From Candidatus Latescibacterota bacterium (GTDB lineage: Bacteria; Latescibacterota; UBA2968): a DNA stretch of 64,000 nucleotides. The notes under the pieces were generated by a model, which saw nothing but the letters and a program-made list of their open reading frames with translations, was not told where the DNA came from and ran no database searches. Where the stretch lies: assembly GCA_965205975.1 (NCBI GenBank), contig OZ242195.1, forward strand, positions 640,001-704,000, in the 5' to 3' direction. Both the position numbers and the translations under genes were made by a program. The stretch's first letter is position 1. The number at the start of each line of letters is the position of its first letter. Below, in pieces: positions 50,063 through 57,073 of the stretch.

Positions 50063-50167
50063 TGGCAGAGGGTGTGGGGATCGAACCCATATACGGGATA
50101 TCCCACAGGATACCCGTAGCCCTCGGTTTGGAAGCCTCGGGGCCAGCACCACTGGCTCTCACCCCCT
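50063..50167 (-). tRNA. Non-canonical tRNA (allo-tRNA-like 8/4 fold, 8-nt anticodon loop CUUCCAAA)
   Basis: Acceptor AGGGGGUG/CACCCUCU + GCCA; D stem GCCAG/CUGGC; 11-bp variable stem; T arm UGGG-UUCGAUC-CCCA. Confidence 0.8.
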
Positions 50168-50241
50168 GCTCAATAATACGACGATGTCATAAAATGGAAT
50201 GTTTCGGATGGGATAGGGAGGGATTCATATTCCCTGTCTTT

Positions 50242-51378
50242 CTATGGCGTATCGATCCACCAGTGATACACGTTCGTCAAGTGCTGTTCATACGCATGCG
50301 ACGCCTGCAGTAGCAGCCGATTCCGCTTGTGTGGATTCAGCGATCCGACCACGATGCTGTTCGAATATGCTGCGATTCCCTTCTCGCGCATCCTCAAGTA
50401 GATGCCGTCATCCCAGGCAAAGCCATCTCGTGAAGCATATAGAACAAAGTGACCTTTTTCCTCTTTCTTACCCTGCAAGAATGCACTGCGTCCGTGCATG
50501 AAATAACAGCCGTTTAGCACGGCCATCTGAGGGTTTCGGATCTTCTTTTTAAAGTGTGCGATCCTTGGTTCGGACCAGGTCCGACCATCGTCGTCGCTCA
50601 CCACATAGTCCATCGTGTGCTCAGCCTTGCTGTTGTATATGTACACAATGATGTTTCCGTTATCGCGTATCCCCATGGTTCCATACGATTTCCCAATGGT
50701 GTCGAAGGGAAGCTCGCTGCGCTTCTCGAAGGTCCGGCCGCCGTCTCGGCTCACGTGCAACTCGTACACATGCTCGGGCTTGTTGCCCAGGAAATTGATC
50801 TCGTTGTCGTTCCTGAAGTGGAGCGCGAGTATCTCTCCGTTGTGATACTTTGCATCGTAGAGCCTGCCCCGACTGTCGCACAGTGCAGATGGCTCACGCC
50901 ATGTGTACCCTCCATCCGGACTGCTGATGTATGTCGGCACCTGAAATTGCCTCCAAATGACATTGGCCGTGATATCACATACAAGAAAAAAGAGGACGAT
51001 TTCACCCTTGTCCGTTCGAATTGCCTTCTCGGCGAAGGCGGACAATTTCTTGCTGGTCTTCCCGCTCTGTCCGGTGTCGAACAAGTTTTTCGAATAGGCG
51101 ACCACGTTCCGATCGCTCCAGGTCTCGCCGCTGTTTTCCGATCGCTTGTATTCCATCCAGCCTCTAGCCGAGTGGCCCTTGCCAGACTTCTTCGGGTTGT
51201 GGCTTTCGGCGGAGCAGTTCGGATAGAAGGCGAGGATCTTCCCGTCCTCATACTCCACCAGTGCGTGCCCGAGATTTCCACCTCTTTTTGCCGGGGAGTG
51301 ATCGACGAAGAGAATCCCATCGTTCGGTGGGTCTTTGGGGGTGATCTCATAATCTGCTATGTTTGGGTTCGCGTCCAC
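50242..51378 (-). CDS. Sialidase-like BNR/Asp-box beta-propeller protein
   Basis: Asp boxes SENSGETW, SPDGGYTW, SRDGGRTF, SDDDGRTW, SRDGFAW. Confidence 0.85.
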   Translation of the reverse strand: MDANPNIADYEITPKDPPNDGILFVDHSPAKRGGNLGHALVEYEDGKILAFYPNCSAESHNPKKSGKGHSARGWMEYKRSENSGETWSDRNVVAYSKNLFDTGQSGKTSKKLSAFAEKAIRTDKGEIVLFFLVCDITANVIWRQFQVPTYISSPDGGYTWREPSALCDSRGRLYDAKYHNGEILALHFRNDNEINFLGNKPEHVYELHVSRDGGRTFEKRSELPFDTIGKSYGTMGIRDNGNIIVYIYNSKAEHTMDYVVSDDDGRTWSEPRIAHFKKKIRNPQMAVLNGCYFMHGRSAFLQGKKEEKGHFVLYASRDGFAWDDGIYLRMREKGIAAYSNSIVVGSLNPHKRNRLLLQASHAYEQHLTNVYHWWIDTP

Positions 51379-51398
51379 AAGTGCCTCCCTGGATGAAT

Positions 51399-52847
51399 TT
51401 AAATGCCTTTGTAGCTTCTGGCGGAGTACATTTCAAAGCCTTCGGGGCCGGGGTATCCGTCGAAGAGGTTGCATTCGGGTACATTGCCGGGTGCGCCATT
51501 TTTGAGCCAGTCGATGAAGATGGGGTCGGCATTGCGGTGTTCGAGTTCGGCGAGGCCCGATGCGTGAAGGTCTTGAACGCGGTCGGGATTTTCAGAAGCG
51601 ATATTGTCCAGAGAGCCGTAGGAGGTGAGGATGCTGTCTTCGGGGTTGGGGTGCCATTCGAGATAGCCTTCTTGATCGAAGACGGTAAAGTAGCCGCGTT
51701 GAAGATGTCGCATCGCTTTGCCGCGCGCCACGCCTGATAGGGCGATTTTGCGATTGCCCATGCTGTTTTCACGTGCAGCTTTGAGGATGTCATAACTTTC
51801 GATATTGTCGGGAACAGGCGCGCCTGACAGGTTAGCGATGGTGGCGAAGAAATCTTGTGGTTGAAAGATGGCAGAACTGCGACCTGTATCGCCTTCGGGT
51901 GTTTTGATGAAAAGTGGGATGTGGATTTCTTGTTCGCGAACGGGTGCGCCTTTGCCGAATCTGCCGCGTTCACCGACGTTGGTGCCGTGATCGCCTGCGA
52001 CGAGTATGGCGGTGTTTTTATCCAGGCCTGTGGCTTCAAAGGCTTCGAGGAATCGGCCAAAGCAGTGGTCCATCCAGGTGACTTTGGCTGCATAACTCGC
52101 TTTGATGCGTGCTCTGGCTTCATCGGGTAAGTTGGGATTGCTGCGGGCTTGCGTTCCTCCCTTGAAGGTGCGCGGATCGAGCCGACCGTCATAGCCAGGT
52201 GTTTTGTCGTATTTGAGCATGTATTCGGGGGGTACGTCCCAGGGTTCGTGGGGGTCAAAGCAGTCGATCCAGAGGAAGAAATTTTCCCGGTTTTTATTGT
52301 CGCGGAGAAATTCGGCGACGGTGTTGAAGAGTCTGGCGCAGTTCCAGTCGTCTAAGTTTTCACGGCCTCTGTTGGTGCGAGCATATTGTATGGTTGGTAT
52401 TGGGAGTTCGTCTTCAAGGATGTCAAAGAGCGGGTCTTTTGCCCAGTTGCTGGGCCATTTGGCTTCGTCATTCATCCAGGCGCGGTCAACTTCGGCACCG
52501 CGGATGAAGGTCCAGGTGTGAAAGGGATAATCAAAGGCGTGGCCCCCGTTGACGAGGTGGGGGGTGTCGTGCAGGAGTTGCGTTGCGTAGCCTGCTTCGC
52601 CGAGGACATACGGCAGTGCATTGGTGTTGAAGGGCAGTGGTTTCCAGGCGTGAAAGGGGCTGCCGTATTTGCCAGTCATGACGTCGGTGCGATAGGGGAT
52701 GGTGGGGAAGCTCGCTGCGAAGGCACGGTCGAAACACCAGGATTGTGAGGCCAAGCGGTCGAGGTTGGGTGTTTCGATCCAGTCATTGCCGTTGGCACCG
52801 ATATAGTCGTAGCGCATGGTGTCGATGATTAAGAGAATGATGTTCAT
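51399..52847 (-). CDS. Sulfatase-like hydrolase (TxPxR variant)
   Basis: IIDTMRYD, PTIPYR..MTG, DPHEPW, GDHG. Confidence 0.88.
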   Translation of the reverse strand: MNIILLIIDTMRYDYIGANGNDWIETPNLDRLASQSWCFDRAFAASFPTIPYRTDVMTGKYGSPFHAWKPLPFNTNALPYVLGEAGYATQLLHDTPHLVNGGHAFDYPFHTWTFIRGAEVDRAWMNDEAKWPSNWAKDPLFDILEDELPIPTIQYARTNRGRENLDDWNCARLFNTVAEFLRDNKNRENFFLWIDCFDPHEPWDVPPEYMLKYDKTPGYDGRLDPRTFKGGTQARSNPNLPDEARARIKASYAAKVTWMDHCFGRFLEAFEATGLDKNTAILVAGDHGTNVGERGRFGKGAPVREQEIHIPLFIKTPEGDTGRSSAIFQPQDFFATIANLSGAPVPDNIESYDILKAARENSMGNRKIALSGVARGKAMRHLQRGYFTVFDQEGYLEWHPNPEDSILTSYGSLDNIASENPDRVQDLHASGLAELEHRNADPIFIDWLKNGAPGNVPECNLFDGYPGPEGFEMYSARSYKGI

Positions 52848-52904
52848 TGTAAACCTCTGGGGGTGAATAGATGAATCAGGGGTGATATTGTAACACAATA
52901 CTTT

Positions 52905-54143
52905 TCATGGTTCTTTGTCTTCGATACTAACAATAGATGGAATCATCCGGGCAGATGTTCCGAGAATGAGGGTTAGTACTCCCGCTGCTAAGAACCACGG
53001 CTGCGGGCCAAAAATATCGGTTACGGGACCTATCACGATGAGACCAAGCATAGTTGTAAATTGCACGGAACTATGGAGAGCACCAAATACGCGGCCTTGT
53101 AGATGGGGATCGACATTGGCCTGAAGGAGTGCGCGGAGAGGCGCGTTAATTAGCGAGCTACCGACACCGCTTAAAGCTATGCCCGTGATGGCTAAAGCAA
53201 AGCGGGTATGAGGGGCGATACCTACGAGTATTGTTCCAATGCCATACACAATCCAGCCGAAGATCGTCGTCATGATTCGGCGACGGAATCCACCCCAGGC
53301 CCCGACCAGAAGACCTCCCAGGACAATGCCCACTCCCCAGGCAGAATTAAACCAACCAAGTTCGGTAGCACCTCCATTGAAGTGATCTGTTATCAAGAGG
53401 GGCGAGATGGTCATCTTCGTGTTCCCAAATATGTTTAATACGGCAGCAATTAAGATTAAGTTCCGAAGACCAGTCCATCTCCACAAATAACGAAATCCTC
53501 CCAGCATATCAGCCCAGATTCCAACCTCCTGGCTTTGCTTTTCCTCCATCCTTTTTGGTTGTGGAATCATGATGAAGATGAGGGGGCCGATAGCCAGCGT
53601 CGCCGTCAAAACATCGATGGCCAATATGAGATGTATCTCGAACACAGCCAACGCCAGTGCTCCAAGGGGGGGACCTCCCATACTGAGTACTCCATGCAGG
53701 GTTTGATTCGTCCCCTGAATCCTGGCCAGATGTTTTTCGGGTACCATCAAAGGCGTGGAAGTTATCATTGCCAGGCCCTGGAATGCACGGCCTATACTCG
53801 CCAGGAAGTTTACTGCGTAGATATGCCAGATCTCGATAATTTCCATCCAGAAAAGACCAGCAAGACCTGCCATGGCTATTGCAACAAGCGTATCCGAGAC
53901 GAGCATTACAATTCGGCGGTTCCATCTATCATTCAGTGCGCCAATGATGGGAGCCAGGAAGACTTCTGGCAGATAGGCGACAAGGACTGAGGTCGCGAGA
54001 ATGGTCGCAGATCCTGTCTTTTCCGTAAGCCACCACACCAGGGCAAACTGTGCAACTTGGGTTCCAAGAGACGACAGCGTTTGTCCGGTCCAGATGGTAA
54101 AGAAGCCGCCAGCCCATGATCCGTCTCTATTTAGATGAATCAA
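52905..54143 (-). CDS. MFS transporter, Mef/DHA3-like efflux family
   Basis: IWTGQ..S.LG...QFAL.WWL...TGSA; DRWNRR..M; QGRVFG. Confidence 0.88.
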   Translation of the reverse strand: MIHLNRDGSWAGGFFTIWTGQTLSSLGTQVAQFALVWWLTEKTGSATILATSVLVAYLPEVFLAPIIGALNDRWNRRIVMLVSDTLVAIAMAGLAGLFWMEIIEIWHIYAVNFLASIGRAFQGLAMITSTPLMVPEKHLARIQGTNQTLHGVLSMGGPPLGALALAVFEIHLILAIDVLTATLAIGPLIFIMIPQPKRMEEKQSQEVGIWADMLGGFRYLWRWTGLRNLILIAAVLNIFGNTKMTISPLLITDHFNGGATELGWFNSAWGVGIVLGGLLVGAWGGFRRRIMTTIFGWIVYGIGTILVGIAPHTRFALAITGIALSGVGSSLINAPLRALLQANVDPHLQGRVFGALHSSVQFTTMLGLIVIGPVTDIFGPQPWFLAAGVLTLILGTSARMIPSIVSIEDKEP

Positions 54144-54728
54144 TCATCTCTCCTTTTTGTCTGAATCGGCAAGAAAGAATGTTCCCCTCTTTTTGAACTG
54201 AAAACTCTCATCGGGTACGACGAACGCCAGTTTATCACACAAAAAAGAGCCAGACGGAACTGAATTTTGGAGCCGTACACAAAGCTCAAGGCTCTCGTCT
54301 ATGGAGATGAACTCAGCAATGGTCATGTGCGGAGCTATGTTGCGCCTGTGATACGCTTCGCCGGAAAATGCCGATGTACTGTGGAGGATCTGCTTTAAAT
54401 TATCGATAGGCTCTCGTGGCCTTATCGGATACGAGACACCAGGATGCCTCGTTGAGGCATGCGGCTTGTCGTAATGAAGCGTGAATGGCTGGACATCAGT
54501 AAGGACGTTGTTGATTTCATCGATAAGATCAGGCGTCATTTTCCGGCTCAAGGGATCTGACAAAGAGATGTGCGTCGGACAGGAGGTAGCTGAGCGGGGA
54601 TCATACTTTGCCCGCAAGAGATCAATCTCCTGAGATACCTCTGGAGGGGGCATGATAAGGATGAGGCCAAAACAGTAGTCGCGTTGCCAATCTTCCCACT
54701 TCGATGTGTCTTTTACGTATGAAATCAT
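54144..54728 (-). CDS. 2H phosphoesterase (2'-5' RNA ligase family)
   Basis: Two HxS/T motifs: HISL and HMTI. Confidence 0.85.
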   Translation of the reverse strand: MISYVKDTSKWEDWQRDYCFGLILIMPPPEVSQEIDLLRAKYDPRSATSCPTHISLSDPLSRKMTPDLIDEINNVLTDVQPFTLHYDKPHASTRHPGVSYPIRPREPIDNLKQILHSTSAFSGEAYHRRNIAPHMTIAEFISIDESLELCVRLQNSVPSGSFLCDKLAFVVPDESFQFKKRGTFFLADSDKKER

Positions 54729-54760
54729 GAGGAACTCTCACGGGGTGATAGCATAGACGT

Positions 54761-54950
54761 GTTAGCCGATCATGGCGCTTATTTGCGCCGCTGATCAGCA
54801 ATATACTCACGTAGCTTCTCGATCGAGGGAGAATCCACATCCCGCAGCGGTGCACCAGCCGGGTGTTTGTGGAAATTTACCTTTTCGTCCAGTTGGGCTT
54901 CAGCTAGGAAACATGCCGCTTCAGTGTTCTGTAGCGGCATGACGGCTAAC
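54761..54950 (-). mobile_element. Mini cassette-like unit: GTTAGCC - 53-aa ORF (54779-54940) - GGCTAAC
   Basis: Perfectly complementary core/inverse-core heptamers with extended imperfect IR of about 18 bp. Confidence 0.5.
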
Positions 54951-55036
54951 GTCTTCGACTTAAGAAAAAAATACCTGGCTTCGGTTTATACCCCATTTTT
55001 CGATTTACAGCAAGTATTCGTTCATTATTGGCATTA
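54946..55036 (-). pseudogene. C-terminal fragment of GNAT acetyltransferase
   Basis: NANNERILAVNRKMGYKPKPG resembles GNAT motif B; no plausible 5' part. Confidence 0.6.
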
Positions 55037-55588
55037 TAAGCTGTAGATCCATTTGTCCCGATGTAAGAGAAATACAGACCGCTCGGGCAACATGCGGTCC
55101 TTAAATTCGCCTCTACCCGGCCCGGGCGGTACGCGCTCAACTTCCTCGAAACCCAGCCGACGGAGAAGACGGACAGACCGTTTGTTTGCTACAACGCATC
55201 TGGCTTCAATTTCGCCGAGGTCCAAATCTTCAAAACCCACCTGCAAGATGCTCCGGACAGCTTCTGACGCAAAGCCCTGACCCCAATAAACGGGCGACAA
55301 TTCGTAGCCTATGTCACCCTGTCGGCTTTCAATGCTTTCTGTGCGTATTCCGCAATTACCGAGTAATATTCCATTTGAGCGGTCCGTGATGGCCAGCTGG
55401 AATTTGCATCTCGGATTTTCTTTAGACCATGCAATGCATTTATCTACAAAGCGGACGCACTCCTCTCTGGTGTAGGCGGGCCGGTAGTAGTATTCCAGAT
55501 ACTTGGGGTCTCTCCTGTACTCGGCGATGGCATCCACGTCTTGTTTGGTGAACTCTCTCAGAAGCAGGCGTTCAGTCAGTTTTTCCAT
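55034..55588 (-). CDS. GNAT acetyltransferase, RimJ/RimL-like
   Basis: TERLLLREF, IGYEL...WGQGFASEA, N.RS.RLLRRLGF. Confidence 0.92.
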   Translation of the reverse strand: MEKLTERLLLREFTKQDVDAIAEYRRDPKYLEYYYRPAYTREECVRFVDKCIAWSKENPRCKFQLAITDRSNGILLGNCGIRTESIESRQGDIGYELSPVYWGQGFASEAVRSILQVGFEDLDLGEIEARCVVANKRSVRLLRRLGFEEVERVPPGPGRGEFKDRMLPERSVFLLHRDKWIYSL

Positions 55589-55607
55589 ATAGAAAGACCG
55601 TTTTGAA

Positions 55608-56561
55608 TTACGTTTGAAGCCTTTGAAAAGCCTTAAGAGTTGATGGATCAGTGACTATTTCCCTTGCGGCTTCAATAGTCAACCATTTGGCAGCATAAAA
55701 TTCCTGTAGATCAATGTTGAAATTGCTGCCATCTGTAAGAAGTAAATACCAGATGTCATAATGAGACTGGCAGGGTTGCACGGGATTTTCTATTGGTGTA
55801 ATGGTCAACAAAAACGGTTGTGGTTCAGATTTAAAAAAGTTCCATACTCCCAATTCTTCACCTATCTCACGGTTCAAAGCTGCCAAAAGCGTCTCGTCTT
55901 TATCTATATGACCACCAGGAGAAAGCCAAAGACCAGACTTTTTATGGTGGATGACAAATACCTTTTTGCTCTGGGTATCATAGGGCAGAAAATAGACACA
56001 AAAATGGGTCTCCGGATTTTCATCTCGCGTTGGTTTTCCTTCTTTCACTCTTTGTTTATAGAGAGTATAGGTTTCCCCATTGTCACATATATCACGGTCG
56101 ATAACTTTTGCAATTGATTCTTGTGTTTTCATATTGAAGTTTCTGCTCTTATGATACCTGAATACACGCTTGCCGATACGCACTTTGTTACGCTCAAGAA
56201 ATTTGTAGCCTGCCTGTTTCAGCGTATAGGACTTGTATTTGAACTTGCTACGGAATTGTGGCGGTCGCTTGTTGTCTCTGGCAAAGAATCTCTTATAGCC
56301 AAAGTCTATGCGCTCAATCACATTTTGCAATGCCTGAGACGGTAGCAGACGCCAGTGGGCAAAGCGCGGCGTGTCCTTCAGCTTCTTGAGGTGATTGATC
56401 AGTGTGAACTTACTCGGATACTTGCCAAATCGCTGGTAGTATCGCTTATGTAGTGCGATGAAGTGATTATACACTTCGGCAAAGTCGTTTATCTCATGGT
56501 GGAGATACCGATTGCGGTCACACGTTGAATACAACTTGAATTTGTAGGTCAGGTAGTCCAT
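55608..56561 (-). CDS. In-frame fusion: TnpB N-terminal half (56133-56561) + NUDIX hydrolase (55608-56132)
   Basis: YKFKLY...VYNHF...SQALQ...RFF...PQFRSK..Y.SYT.KQ; then PGGHIDKDETLLAALNREIGEELG. Confidence 0.85.
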   Translation of the reverse strand: MDYLTYKFKLYSTCDRNRYLHHEINDFAEVYNHFIALHKRYYQRFGKYPSKFTLINHLKKLKDTPRFAHWRLLPSQALQNVIERIDFGYKRFFARDNKRPPQFRSKFKYKSYTLKQAGYKFLERNKVRIGKRVFRYHKSRNFNMKTQESIAKVIDRDICDNGETYTLYKQRVKEGKPTRDENPETHFCVYFLPYDTQSKKVFVIHHKKSGLWLSPGGHIDKDETLLAALNREIGEELGVWNFFKSEPQPFLLTITPIENPVQPCQSHYDIWYLLLTDGSNFNIDLQEFYAAKWLTIEAAREIVTDPSTLKAFQRLQT

Positions 56562-56791
56562 TATTCTCTTGTTTTTTGTCGGTTTTAGTTTGTATTTTTA
56601 ATGACTTAAACATAAGTAAAATATATACTTATGTATCGTTTTTGTCAAGCAGAAAGAGCACTTGTGCTAAGCATGTTCCGTGACGATTTTACACGGAAGC
56701 AGAAACAAAATCATAAGCCATTGCAAAACAACGCTCGCCAACTCGCGTCTGCTTCCCACGCCTAAAGGCTGTGGGCTTTACGGGCTATTTG
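56133..56791 (-). mobile_element. IS200/IS605-family element, left part only
   Basis: TTTAT|CAAATAGCCCGTAAAG then hairpin CCCAC-A-GCC-TTTA-GGC-GTGGG (56755-56775); tnpB 5' half; no right end or tnpA. Confidence 0.8.
56610..56648 (-). promoter_or_regulatory. tnpB promoter with palindrome over the -10
   Basis: TTGACA-N17-TATATT; IR ACATAAGTA-N7-TACTTATGT at 56610-56634. Confidence 0.7.
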
Positions 56792-56958
56792 ATAAAGTAA
56801 CAATTTCATATGAATCATTCGGTTCTGAAAAAAGTTTCGATGACCTTCTTGAACTGACTGCAAAGGTCTATGAAGGACTCTCCGCTGACGACATCGACGG
56901 CATTGAGAAGATTGCACACGGCCGTCGCGATTTTTTTGGAGATAGAACAGGTGCTTAA
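56792..56958 (+). pseudogene. 3' half of DUF104/AF2212-like antitoxin gene cut by IS605 insertion
   Basis: KVTISY...DDLLELTAKVYEGLS.DDID.IEKIA..R.DFF*; begins exactly at IS left end; family from recall. Confidence 0.55.
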
Positions 56959-57073
56959 CATTCCCATTCTATCAACTAAACATCGGAAAATCAATTTGAT
57001 AATTCGGCTTGCGAGATGTATTTTCGATTATAGATCTCGCTCTGCTTTAAACCTCCCAAACCGAGGAGAAACC

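Noticed and set aside
50063..50167. Canonical tRNA-Sec, tRNA-Trp or tRNA-Gly call
   Set aside because: No UCA in a 7-nt loop and T stem is 4 bp; CCA or UCC 7-nt registers disrupt the stem; no sel genes nearby
56870..57073. Extended N-terminus of LamG ORF, and similar upstream extensions at 1933, 6776, 9766, 28678, 33610 and 52898
   Set aside because: Downstream ATGs fit the RBS or family start better; extensions overlap other features
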